A stretch of DNA of 63,283 nt, the filler included, from Reticulomyxa filosa (Eukaryota; Protista; Foraminifera): the NCBI GenBank assembly GCA_000512085.1. It is 19 parts of 19 records of this genome, joined end to end, with 100 filler letters (N's around TTAATTAATTAA, not from the genome) between each part and the next. Parts side by side here need not be neighbours in the genome. Positions count along the whole stretch, not along the records: positions 38,526 to 39,817 come from ASPP01011565.1; positions 39,918 to 45,444 come from ASPP01001993.1; positions 45,545 to 47,979 come from ASPP01025703.1; positions 48,080 to 49,587 come from ASPP01024885.1; positions 49,688 to 61,990 come from ASPP01003888.1; 14 more parts are not named here. One strand, 5' to 3'. Position numbers and translations under genes: made by a program. Below the pieces are notes generated by a model. That model was not told where the DNA came from. It made no database searches and worked only from the letters and a program-made list of their open reading frames with translations. This document shows positions 39,617-52,897 of the stretch, one piece after another; the first letter of the stretch is position 1, and the number at the start of each line of letters is the position of its first letter.

Positions 39617-41182
39617 GATCCAGTTAACAGTTGCAATGGCTTTGCAGCATAACGGGCCGCCACTGCCGCGGGCAGCCTTTATGTAGAAATGCACTGTTTC
39701 CGCACAATACCGGCTTATCAGCAGTCGCCACCGCTAGCGGTAATCTGGCTGGGCGGATCGCCCATAGCCGAGGACAATATGCGCCAACCGCCGATACCCC
39801 ATCATTACATCATCGTTNNNNNNNNNNNNNNNNNNNNNNNNNNNNNNNNNNNNNNNNNNNNTTAATTAATTAANNNNNNNNNNNNNNNNNNNNNNNNNNN
39901 NNNNNNNNNNNNNNNNNTGAACGCACTGATATGCTCTTTGAAGACTATTGTTGTGTTTTCCCTTCCACTCTGCAAATTATACGTACAAATACACATTTTT
40001 TACTTGATTTAACCTTCATTCATATTGTCATCGTTTTTGACAAGTTCTCGTTTCACAATTGCACCTTGGGATGTGAGTCAGTATTTTTTTTTGAACTGCA
40101 AAAAAAAGAGTATGTTTTTTTTTGTGTTGTTTCGGTTGTCTATTTATTTCCATTTACCAGCAATGCTTGAGAGAACAATGATATTGCCTTTGTTGTCTGT
40201 TTTTAAAAGTAAAACTTTTTAAATCTTACCCCCTTCGTCTCCAAAAAATTGGAGCCAGTTTGCAAAATATGTGCATTTTTTGCAATGGATTGTGTAACTT
40301 ATTTTATGAATTGATCCGGATACAAATGCCATACCTTTGGAGTGACGTACCTTTTTCAGTCTGTAAAGTGATGATATGTACCAGCTTATAATCGCTTTTA
40401 CCAGTCCCAAAAAAAGGTAAAGAGTAACAATTTGAAACTATTTTGTGTAATTATTGTACAAGCAGCAAGACACGTGTTATCTGTGGATGTTGGCAAAAAT
40501 GTGTGACTTTAAAAATTTTGAAAAGCAATAATATATCTATTTTTGCTCGTTGACTTGAGGAAACCCAAAAGCGTTTTTTATTCAAAGAAAATTGATCATT
40601 AGTCCAGCAAACAAAAGACGATGCTTTCAACAAAAAAAAGCAAAATAAGAAAAAATTATGTACACTACAAATGCAATTTTGAAACAACCATGAGAACTTA
40701 TAATACATTAAATCTTGTTCACAAACAATAAAAATTGTTACAATTTTTACTGGTATACGTACTACGTTAGTTATAAACCGATCTCTGCAAAACCGACGTC
40801 ATTATGACCGCCTTTGCGCTGCAAAAAAAAAATCCTTCAAGAAATGTGATGTACATTTCTTACATATCCAAAGAATCCTGACTTTGTATTCCATAATCAA
40901 ACTGTTCTATCCACTGACGAGAAAACAATCACGTCTGTTGATAATTTTGTGTTTTTTATTTCATAGTGTCAATAATGCAAAACCTGGCTTATGTTAAAAT
41001 GACGATCATAAGGACAGTAGGTAATAATATACTTTATTAAAAATATGCGAAAAGATTTTAGCGAATGCAAAAGCAAAACTGATGGAAATATCAACTCAAA
41101 ACAAATAATTGAATAGACTTTACTTACAGTAAAATCGTAACAAATTTTCAAGTATCACAAATAACCAACAAACAAATAAAAC

Positions 41183-42323
41183 TCAAAAATTTCCACCACG
41201 TTGTTCAATAAGTAGTTTCTGTTGTGATGTCAAGCCATTTGTATTCTTCCAAATACTATTTTTCATTGACAAACCAAGACTTTGCACACCTGCCTGCCAA
41301 GCACATTTCACCAGCTTAGTCTCAATCACATCAGTTATTCTATTGTTATCACAACTCCACAGTCGAACTGTTCTGTCATCTGAACATGATGCAAGTTTGT
41401 AACCGTCTGGTGATAATTGTATACCTTTAATATCACCAGTATGTCCCTCCAACGCTTGAATCTGTTTTCCCGAATCCATATCCCATATTCGGATAGTTTT
41501 ATCCTTTGAGTATGAGATAATTTTAGAACCATTCGGTGCGAGTTGAATACCATTTATGGGACTTGAATGTCCTTTTAATAATTGAATTTGTTTTCCAGAT
41601 GATACATTCCACAGTCGAATAGTTTTATCACTTGAACACGACACAATTTTAGAACCATCTAACGAAAATTGTGCATCCGTTACCCAATCAGAGTGTCCTT
41701 TCAATAGCAGTAGTTGTTTTCCAGACAATACATCCCATAGTCGAATCGTATAGTCCAAGAACTTGACATAATTTTGGATCCATCTGGAGAAAATCGTACA
41801 CCCGCTATATTTTGTGTATGCCCTTCAAATATTTGAAGTTGAATTCCAGACAAAACATCCCATAGCCGAATTGTTTGATCACGAGAATAAGATACAATTT
41901 TAGAATTATCTGACGAAAATTGTATTCCATTTACTTTACGTAAATGTCCATTCAATAATAGTTTCTTTCCTGATGATAAATCCCATATTTGGATGGTCTT
42001 GTCGTATGAGAATGACACAATTTTGGAACCATCTGACGAAAGTTGCATACCAGTTATGATATCTGAATGTCCTTCTAATACTTGGAGTTGCTTTCCAGAG
42101 GACATACACCATATTCGGATTGTTTTATCTTCTGAGCAGGATACAAGTTTGGAAGTGTCTGATGAAAAGTATACTTCACGTATACCATTAGAATGTCCTT
42201 CAAATACTTGAATTTGTCTTCCTGATTGTACATTCCACAATCGAATTGTGCCATCCAATGAACATGATACCACTTTGGAACCATCAGGTGAAAATTGAAT
42301 ATTCATTACACTGCTGGAATGTC
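41183..42323 (-). pseudogene. Eight highly similar WD40 repeats plus an NLR/STAND-type C-terminal tail; 1-nt frameshift at about 41760
   Basis: GH....V..IQFSPDGSKIVSCS.DKTIRLWD units of about 42 aa; tail KCAWQAGVQSLGLSMKNSIWKNTNGLTSQQKLLIEQRGGNF. Confidence 0.88.
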
Positions 42324-44115
42324 ATTTTTAGAATTGATTTGCTCTTCCGTCAGTCCTTTTAATCGAGGAGGTTTCAATATTCGAATTTCTGAATGTGGTT
42401 TAAAACGACTTGCAATTTTTTTGATTTCTCTTTCGTCTATCCATTCACAAATTATATCATTAATTTTAATCAATGTTTCATCACTTGCTTGTTTCAATTC
42501 CTCTTCTAATTGATTATTAGGTTTCCATGCCCGAATATGTTCATAAAATAAATGACTTAAGTTTGGATTTTCTATTACAGTATATCCTTCTAATGTTGTA
42601 AAATTCTTTAATGTTGCTTGCATTTCAATATATACATCATGTTTTGGAACGTACAATTTGATATTATGAAAACGATGATGTGTCTTTGATTGTTTATCAA
42701 AGAAGTCTTTGTCTTCAGATACAATCAAATTGAATTGTTCTGCCTTCTTCATCACTGCAACTGCGGTCTGTAATTTAGTAGGATTATCGCATAAAATTGT
42801 AAATCTTCCAATATCAAATGCTTGATTAAAATCACCACCATAATCTGCTTGAATCTTTTCCAATAATCTTTCATTTCCTTTTAAATTTGGTGGTTTCACA
42901 ACTGTTATTTCATATTTCTGTAATTCTATTATCAAATTCTTAATTTCAACACTATTCATTGCGTTTTCACTTCGTTCTCTCAAATCTTCAATACTTTTTG
43001 CACGTTGTCTTATTTTATTTGCTTTTAATTCATAAGACAATCCAGATTTAATTGAATATGAGCATTGATAATTGTTATCCTTGACAGGTATGGGATCATC
43101 ACTTGTAGAAATAGAATGCTCAGAATTATAAAACATCGCTTTAATAATAGATGTGACAGTTGGCGTTTTGCAATCAGGGCAACCAAAAGATGTCTTGTCT
43201 GAAATGAATGCAACATTATCAAATCCAATATTCACCCATACTGGTAATTTGGCTTTTGATGCTAAACAGGTTTCATTGGTGTAATATCCTTGTAAATTAA
43301 TTCCCGGTTTTGTTTTACCAATTTCTGTTTTTTCTATTTCTTTTTGTAAGATTTTGTTGTTGTCTTTATCCATTACATTATTTTCTACTATTCGTTCTTG
43401 TTTCTATTTATTATTTTGATTTTTAAAAATGTAGAGCATATAGACTGAAAAAAAAAATTAACTATTTACCTGTTCTGTGTTCTTCAGCTCATTGGCATTT
43501 TGTCCTTCTTCTAATTTATTCTTTTATATTAAAAAAAAAAAAAGAAATGTAATAGTCAATATGAGAATTTGAAATATATTATTCTCCTTTTCCTACCTCT
43601 TTTTCGATCGATTGTTGAACAAGATCTTTAATCACCGGCTCAATATTTCCATTGAAATGATCAACTTTGTGTTGTAATTCTTCTTTGTTCATTACATTTC
43701 CAAATAATCGAATCAAAACCTTCATTTGTTTTTCATATCTTTTCTCTTTTTCATTCGTAATGTTGTTGTCACATTATCTAATAAAAATACAGAAATATAA
43801 TTGTTGTTATCTTCAATAGAAATGCGTGCATTGTCATTATTATTTATGTCATAACTCTTATTTTGGAAAAAGACAGACAATTCTTGAATTAATCCGCCAG
43901 CGTCCCAATCAAAAATCTTTCCATGACATTCTGTCGAATGCGTCACTTGTCTCATTGGTGAATACTTACTTTCATCTCTTATTATCATTCTCTTGTGTTA
44001 TTTGGTTGACAGGAAAACAATGAAAATGCAAATTTATTTGTTTTGTCATTCAGAATAGAACAAACCGACCTCAAGCCAATTCATCTCGATTCTTTTTTCA
44101 TTTTTTATTCTTCCT
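42306..44115 (-). pseudogene. N-terminal part of the same gene: small helical domain, Cys-rich Zn domain and RelA/SpoT-like nucleotidyltransferase domain
   Basis: Ordered RSH-synthetase-like motifs LKGNERLLEK..DYGGD..DIGRFTI..SKTHHRFHNIKL..YIEMQAT..SHLFYEHIR (about 42525-42890); upstream exons look degraded. Confidence 0.72.
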
Positions 44116-45402
44116 AAAAAAAAAAATATTCATATATGCGCTTTTGCAAAGAAAAAAAAGTTTTGTTTGTTTAAGGAAAAAAGAAGTATTTTTATTTCTT
44201 CATTGCTTAAAGAAACACAGAATGGACCATCAAATGGCATTGAAAAGGAAGAAAATGCTGGAAAGGAAATATTACTAAATAGTAAAATGATGATTAAAAG
44301 GCCCCTTATAGAAAAAGTTCATACGGAAAAACAACGATTTTTTTCATTAGATACGCTTGCGTTACGTATTCAATATTTCTTGGTTTTTTTCCAATCCCGT
44401 TTATTTTAATTATTTGAAAAATGCATGAAAAAAGGACGTCCGTGTTTCTTTTTTTTTTCTGTGTTTCTGTTATTGCTAATATTCATACGCATTGTTTTCA
44501 AGCCTTCCCCAAAGGTACAATATAATCCAGCCAAACGAAAAGTTTGGAAACTTAAGTTTGCCGACCACAATTACAGAATTGTATGATCTTTCTTTGAAAA
44601 TTTGCTTTTTTGTAGTTTAAAGTATTGACGTGAGAACATTGTTCATAACAAGCGTTAGCGTTGATTCGGTCCTTAGATAAGAAAAACGGAAAATGATCTG
44701 CCTTATCAAAGTACTGGAATTATGTTTAATACAAAAGTTTAATTCTACGAAGGAATAAAATGAAACGACACAACTTAAAAACTACTAAAAGGCGACGTGG
44801 CGAGGGGTTCTCCAGCCATCATAATAATAATTCTTGCACGCCATGGCTTACTCTATGTCAGATGACAAACAAAATGAAGAAATAACTAATACAAAGGTAG
44901 GGAATGAATGGAAGAAAAATGGAATAAATCCTACTGTCTGAAATGTGTTTTTTGCAACATAAACGACAGCCGAATTCTCAGTTTGTGCCAGTGTATTGGG
45001 GCAAGAGACGGCAACTAGTTACATGCACCAGATACACATACAAAAAATCTGCATTGCAAAGAAGAGAGTGATTGAGTTGTGGGTGTTTATGAATGAAGAA
45101 ACTATAAAAGCAAAAGAGGATTGATTGGATATTATATGTATTTTTTGTGTTGTTTTGTTTTGTTTTTTGTTTTTTTTTTTGGATGGGGATTCGGAACATA
45201 ACAGGAACAAAAAAGTATCTGTAATTGTGGAGAGCTTCCACATAAGCTAGAAACGTGGTGTCCATGGTTACCATGTTTTAGACATTCAAAGACAGAGCTT
45301 TCTGATGTGCGTACAAAACAGTATTGTGTGGAGAGGTTGTACTGAGATAAAATAAATCATTACGAGCAAAGAGGGGGGGGAGAAGATTTTATATACATAT
45401 GC

Positions 45403-45444
<42 letters not shown>

Positions 45445-48400
45445 NNNNNNNNNNNNNNNNNNNNNNNNNNNNNNNNNNNNNNNNNNNNTTAATTAATTAA
45501 NNNNNNNNNNNNNNNNNNNNNNNNNNNNNNNNNNNNNNNNNNNNTAATTTCAAAACACAAATTAATGCAACAAAAAGATTTCACTCCAATTCAGAAACTC
45601 TGTTTTCCACTTTTGTCTTTTTCTAACAAAAATCTATTCCAAAAATTGATTAAAAAATTTATAATTTATAATATTATATATTTTCAATTCGTATCACATG
45701 TACACTGCATCAAGTTGATAAATTTGTGGCAATTTGATTAGATTAATGTAATAAAAAAGATAAAATAAATAATATCATGTTCTTTATTTTCGTTTTCATT
45801 TAATAATCACTCATCTGATAGACAAAATATTCTTACACAATTAGAGTGGATAATAATGAGTAAATTCAATAAGATTTTCTTTGCTGACTACTTAAAAAAA
45901 ACTCGTTTTCTACTCTAGTTTTTTTTCTTTCTGAAAAATCTACTCCAGAATAAAAAAAGACTTGATGTAAATTTATTGTTATTCTTTTGCTAAAAAAAAA
46001 GATAAGATTGCTATAGAATTTTGAGTAGTTTATTAAAAAAAATTTGGACATGACTCTTTTTGAAAAAACAAAGGTGACAATACATTATTCAAGCAAAACT
46101 CTTGTAATATAAAAACAACAAACTCAAGCTTCAATTGATGCCTTTTCTTGTTTTTTGTGAGGAAGACAAAGGCGTGTATATTTGTCTACTTGTTCAATAA
46201 AGAAAAACGAACACCTGTCTTGAATGGTAAAAACGAAAAAGAAACATTTTATTTTATTTTACTATTCCCGTGCTTTCATAATACATTGTAGTAAAGGAAT
46301 ATAATGAATCAATTGAATTTTTTGAACACTCTTGGTGTAAAATGATTATTCATATTGATTTGAGGAAAAGCTGTAACTGGTATTATACAGTTTTCGATGC
46401 AACAGCGTGGTTTATAGTTATAAAAACAATTTCAGTTGCTTGTTTCTTTTATTGTCTTCAGTGAGACAGCCCATATTGATATTAGAATAAGATGAATGCA
46501 ATCATTACTTTGGCTAGTTTCAAAATCTTTAAAGACATTATTATTACATGCAGTTTTACAGCTTTCTTTTTAAAATTGATTGACAATCATTAAAAAAAAT
46601 GTGTAATGAATGTATTTTGCTTTGAACATGCATTAATTCTGATTGAATTATATTATTGTGAATTAGAAAAAGGATAGCTTTGCTTTAATTAACAACATAT
46701 TATTCAAAATAAGAAAACAAAGATTTTTAAAGAATTATGTTTTTTGTACCATTTGCAGGTTTCAGAATAATGGGACAACAAAAATACATTCAATTATAAT
46801 ATCTATTGAAGGAATCGTATGTGATAAAGGGGATGATGGAATAAGACGTATTAACTCGTGTTATGGTTCAAATTTATATTTGATAATAGTCTTATTTTTC
46901 CACCAAAAAAAATTAGCCAAGTTTTTTTTCATTATAAAAAAAATCATTAGTATCCCAATTACTAATACTGTAAAAGATTTTTTTTGATCTGTCAATGCAT
47001 TGTGCATAAAAATTTTTGTTTGAAAGTTGTTCATGAATTCAATGAACACTTAGCACATTGTTTTTAATTTTAAAATATTTTTTCCATAATAATTGCAACA
47101 AACATATCGATTCAATTGCCTGCTTCATCTGGCTTAAATAAACATGACTGTGGTAGTAGCGCGGATCATCCACAGCAAGGAAACTGTACTAACCTTCCTT
47201 CTTCACATACAAATATGAATACCAATATCAATACTGATACCAATGCTAATGTTCATCCGCAGGCAAGCGTATATCCAAACAAAGCAATGCTATCAATAGC
47301 AACAGCAATGGCAATGGGTTGGTATTAGAATGGATCGTTGGAGGATCCAATGCTGTGAATGTCTACAAAATATGGCTCGAAATTCTTTTGGCAACACTGT
47401 TGAATATGTTGTCGACATCCTGCAAAGTACCGTTTTCAATCCAATCTGTGCTCTCCTCGCTCCAGCATCATCCTCACAGCGTCGCCAATTCACTCAAATA
47501 ACAAATTTGGAAGTTTTCAAGGGTTTTGTCCATTGTTGTAACTGCAAAGGCACTAACTCAATTTCAAGTTACAATATCATATATGTACATATGTAAGAAT
47601 AAAATATGTACAATAGATAAAACTTGAAAAAGAAGTGGAGTTGGACGTGTTGATCCAGTGTGACAAATAATGGTGGGAAAATTGGAAGCAAAACAAGATG
47701 GAAACGTATCACAATGATGTGATACCACAATCAAACATCTTTTTTTATCATCCTTGTGATAATAGTTGTTTTTTTATATTTGCAAATTCCGAAGCACTTG
47801 CTCGGATAACAAAAATATTCGGAGATTGCCTTCAAAATTATACTAAACAGAATAGAAGAAGTATATTATCTAAAATCAATCTTGAAAATAAAAGCATTTT
47901 GTATAAAAGCTAAATAAATGTAGATTGTGTGTTTTATCAAAATACAGTAGGTTGCAAAGAAAACTGAACGCCTAAAACGNNNNNNNNNNNNNNNNNNNNN
48001 NNNNNNNNNNNNNNNNNNNNNNNTTAATTAATTAANNNNNNNNNNNNNNNNNNNNNNNNNNNNNNNNNNNNNNNNNNNNCCTTATCTTGTCCCCACAATT
48101 TTAATTCGTCCTATAATGCATTTTACGTAAATTTTGCTATTTTTTTATTTGGTGGCAATGGCTTTTGATTTTTTAAACAATGATAGTGCTAGTTCTTTAC
48201 TTTACATAATCTAAGTCCCTAACCAAGAATAAATATAAAATCATTGCGTTATTAATAGTCACACATTTTTTCCAAAAATATTATAATTGTTGGGGTGACC
48301 ATTTACTTTGAATGATGATGGGTGCATGTTTGTATGTAATATATATTACAGTTAGCGTTATCGGAACATGTCAAACATACACAACTTTTTTTTCTACAAG

Positions 48401-48736
48401 AAATCTTTAGAAAAAATGACAAAGCCTTCAAAGCTTCCAGACCACTAAACCTCAATAATAACTTTGCCGGAAAAGAAACAACACAGGGGGGCATATATTA
48501 GCAAGTAGGTAGTTATTCGAATGAATTATTTTACTGGAGACAACCATTATGTGTTTGTCGAAAAAAAAAATCACATATCATCGAAATTAAACATTTCTTA
48601 TTTTTCCAAAGAGCGATAGAAAAAAAAAGTGTTTTGGATCACAAAAAGAATAAAAGTAGCCATATATTTTTGCGAACAAAAGAAAAAAAAGTGTTTGCAA
48701 GTTGTTTTTTTCCTTCGACTTTATTTCGTCTTGGCA

Positions 48737-49587
48737 TTACTGTATAGCAGTTAAGATCATATTGGTGGTGTCATCAGCCGGATGAAAGCCAACCCTGACC
48801 TCGCCTTTGACAAAGAGTTCAGGTCTGTATTTCAAGTACGTGTGAACCTCATTTGGGATTTGCAAGGGGGGTTTTATGAAGTGACTCAAGCACCAACTCC
48901 CACACTTGTTGAGAGCTATTTGAACATCAAGCCAGTATCGAACAAAGAACCTTCCCATGACCTCATCAGTGAAATAAATGGGCACATTGCCAACATCGAC
49001 AATGGTGGAGACAACTTTTCGAAGATAATTTCTGCCGTCCACATGCCAGGGTTTGAAAACAGTGAAATGTACCCCTTTGATCACATGCGGTCGATGAAGC
49101 AAAAAGTACCTTTGCCATTGGTTGTTGAAATTCGAAGTCAAAATGCCATAGTGATAATGGATAGGATAGAAGGGTCCATATCCCGTTTCCTTGCTATTGA
49201 AGAACGCATTAATAAAGCCTTGATCACCTACGTACTCCCTCCACTCGCAATTCCATGGGTCGTTTACAAAGTACTTTACCGTATTGCTATTCCTTGTCTT
49301 TGCCAAGAACGTCAACAATGCGTCGAACAACTGTCTATCGGGGGCAATCAACAACACACCACCATTTAACTCGATCAAATTGGCACTATCGGGCACCGCC
49401 GCCGGAGTAGGGTAATCTTTCAACAGTTCGTCGATCCCGTCGCCAGACATTATCCCCACGTCGGCGTCCAAATATAAAATTTTGTCAAACTCCGTCAAAT
49501 TAAATAAAAATAATTTGTAAAATGTTACATTCCAACAGTTTACACAGTCTGACAAATATGGGGCCATTACTTGCGGATTTATTTTAT
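48737..49587 (-). CDS. Glycosyltransferase family 8 (glycogenin-like); 5'-truncated
   Basis: KLFLFNLTEFDKILYLDAD (DxD), LNGGVLLIAP, GDQGFINAFF, VHFTVFKPW. Confidence 0.9.
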
Positions 49588-50631
49588 NNNNNNNNNNNNN
49601 NNNNNNNNNNNNNNNNNNNNNNNNNNNNNNNTTAATTAATTAANNNNNNNNNNNNNNNNNNNNNNNNNNNNNNNNNNNNNNNNNNNNGATGAAGAAAAAG
49701 GAGGAAAAGACTTTCTGTCGAATGTGGATCGCATTGAATCTTTGTTCTCATTGTCTCGGGGCAATGTACTTCTACTCACTTGTGCAACTGATGGTACCCT
49801 ATTCGGTATAACAGACGACGAATTTGGTGTCCTTTCTTCTCTCTTCTGGACTGGATTTACTTTTCTAAACTCGGATACTGCTTGCGGTGATCTTTGAAAT
49901 TCTTGGCCTTTGTCACGATTTACTGACACATTCTTTTTTATTTTTTTAAAAAATATCATTTTGTGCAAGATTGATCACGTGCACGGAAGAGAGTTTTATA
50001 CTTTTTCTTTTTTTTTTTTTTTACATTGTTTGGCTTTTCCTGGGGTTTATGTAATGGCGGTGCGCGAGTTGCCTTTTTTATTTATTTTGTTTGTGCCAAG
50101 TTTGGTTGTCTCGAAACGTTCGATGAACATTGTGAAGAAGAAGAAGAAGAAGAAGAAGAAGAAGGCGAAAAGAACATCCAATATTTCAACTCTTTCTCAT
50201 TTAATAGCTCTTTCCAATTTTTTTGTTTGTTTGTTTATTTTGTTTTTTTTTTCAAGCGTTACTTTTTGAGGGTCCACTGCTGATAATCGTTGTCCACTAT
50301 TCTGTACAACTTTTGATGATGAAGTATATAAACAAATGCCTCGAAGTGATTGTAGTTTGCAGATATATCGATTGTGTGATAAACATCGAAGCATTGGTCC
50401 TAACTTGTCCAAAGTTTTCCCACGACTACCCCTTTCTGTCTTTCCCTCTTTTCACTTAGCTGTTCATCACTGGCGTACTGATGTGCATACATTTACAATA
50501 TACTTTTTCATCTTACAAATAATCTTACTTGCACTTTTTTTGTTGTGCTGCAGTTTTGGCAAAGTAAAATAGCAAACTTTAATCTCATTAAATAATAAAA
50601 ACGGGAGGAGAGCAAGAGAAAAAAAAATCAA

Positions 50632-52434
50632 ATGTCCAACGGAAATATGTTTCGCACTTTAATGAAGGTTGAAGCACATTGATTGTCTTTGTCTGTGATG
50701 ATATCTTTTTAATCTTTTCCCCGTGTTTGCTGGAAACTAAACAGACCACAAATGTGACACGTGTAAAAGTCAGTGCGAAGCCATATTCCCGTTTTCTCCA
50801 CACCTCACAAGTGGGAAGTTTGTTCAATAGAAACAAAAATCGCTCCCCTCGGAATTTGAATTATCACACTCAAAATAGTTTCACTACCAAAGCAGATTAC
50901 TACGAATTGCTGGGAGTTTCTAAAGAGGCTTCTGACCAAGACATCAAAAAGGCCTTTTATAAAGTTGAGCAAGCAAAAAAAAAAAAAAAGAAAGTCACAA
51001 TGGATGTGCAAGAAATTTCTGGAAATTTCGTTGCTTCCATAGCGATGAGATGAAGATAGAAAACCAATAAAATCTCTGATGTGATTGATTTGAAAGATGG
51101 CCAAACAATGGCACCCAGATGCAAACAAAGCTCCGGAAGCCAAAGACAAATTTTCGGAGATAAACGAAGCGTATCAAGTGCTATCGAATAAAGAAAAGAG
51201 AGCACAATACGACCAATTTGGACATAATATGAATGGACAGTCGTTCCATCCAACCGATTTCGGAGATATTAATTTAAATGATTTATTCAGTCAATTGTTT
51301 TCTGGAATTGGAAGGGTAGATCCTGTGAAAACAGGCCCACAAAAAGGCAGCGATTTGCAAGTTTCTTTCTGTCATTGCTGTTACCATTTCATTATCCTTA
51401 CTATATTTTTTTTTTTTTTTTTTTTTTGTCTTCCAACATTCCCAAAAGAAAGAGAAAGAGTGAGAGTGAGAGTGAGACAGATAAAGAAGCACTTTTGTTT
51501 GAATCGTTCAGGTCGAGATGTCTCTTTCGTTTATGGAAGCGGTAAATGGCACAACCAAAGAAATAAAAACGCAACGATATGACGAATGTACTACTTGCAA
51601 TTCCACTGGCATGGAACCTGGTTCGAAAAAACAACGTTGTAAATCGTGTAACGGTAAAGGCGTGGTATGGACCTATTTATACACATATACATACATATAT
51701 ACACATATATATATATATATATATGTATATGTGTTTATGTATATGTTATATTAACAATGAACTTGCTTTACAAACTATTATCTCAATGATGCATTGTAGA
51801 CTATTCGACAACAAGGATTCATGGTAGTACAGTCGAGCTGTCGGGATTGCGGGGGCACTGGAGAATCAATCGACCCTTGTCGCAAGTGCCATGGCAATGG
51901 CATTGTTCCAGGAACGTTCGCACTGAAAGCCACTATTCCCCGTGGCGTTGATGATGGCACTCGAGTAAGGGTTGCCAATCAGGGACATGCTGCACAGAAC
52001 AAAGGCGGGCGTGGACATGCTTATGTGCTCTGTCGAGTTTCGTATCTTTTTTTTTTTGGTAACTTATATTTGTATAATAAATATATATATATATGTATAT
52101 ATAAATAAAGGTGGCCTCTCATCCCGTATTCGAAAGACACGGTAGTGATATCCATGTGTCTGTAGATGTGCCACTACATATCGCGGTACTTGGCGGTAAA
52201 GTGACAGTGCCAACGTTGACGGGAGAAGCTGAAGTGAATGTAAAACCAGGGACTCCACCGGATCATAAAGAAGTAATGCGATTTAAAGGCATTGAAGAAC
52301 CCCAAACTTCAAAAATTGGACATCAATATTTATTCTTCAATATAGTTATTCCGAAAGACTTGACAGATAGGCAAAAGCAATTGATTACAGAATTTGGAAA
52401 CATTCAAGGCTCGAAAAACCCCAACAGCTCTTAA
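50632..52434 (+). CDS. Type I DnaJ/Hsp40, probably mitochondrial (Mdj1/Tid1-like)
   Basis: [12 protein letters not shown], four Zn-finger CxxC repeats ([32 protein letters not shown]), C-terminal domain; basic, Ser/Thr-rich N-terminal presequence. Confidence 0.93.
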
Positions 52435-52897
52435 GCCAATTGAATTTTATAAACAAAGCCTTAAAAGACTAAAAAAAATAAAAATAAAAGCAGGAATGAT
52501 AGTTAGCTTCAATAGAATATCATAAAATTTAATCTCTCTTCATATCCTCGACTGTTTGCCCGTCCCTCTTCCCCTCTCCTCTTGAAGTGCACAGACATAA
52601 CTTAAAGCGTGATACCGTATTGTGTACAGAAAGAGGTGAACGAATTTTGAGCTGAGTTTGAACTTTTTTATCTTTTCTAGTAAATTACTACAATCAACAA
52701 AGAAAAAAGTGATACAATATTATCATAACTAACTTTTTTTTTTCTTTGAAGGGGGGGAGCAAACAACAAAAGCAAAAAACAAGCAAAACACTTCACTCCT
52801 TTCTAATAAGAAAGAAGACTGCTTTCTTTGAACAATTTGTGATATTGAAGTTTTTTTCAATAATATCAGTACTTAATGAATTCTTCAGTTTCCGTTC

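Noticed and set aside
42304-42308. TAATG stop-start overlap suggesting coupled translation of the RSH and WD40 ORFs
   Set aside because: WD40 homology (GHSSSV) begins upstream of the ATG, so the Met is internal to a repeat; an out-of-frame deletion junction explains it better
41350-42323. 126-nt periodic repeats as a possible CRISPR-like array
   Set aside because: They are protein-coding WD40 repeats with no repeat-spacer structure
38526-44115. Bacterial contig next to the RSH-like gene suggesting a horizontally transferred island
   Set aside because: A linker separates them; the RSH-like gene is AT-rich, has introns and has host paralogs
45545-47979. Scattered coding-like fragments at about 46760-47900
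   Set aside because: Broken frames and no recognisable domain; probably pseudogene debris that cannot be assigned
48782-49369. 195-aa plus-strand ORF
   Set aside because: Antisense to the well-supported GT8 gene and has no recognisable motifs
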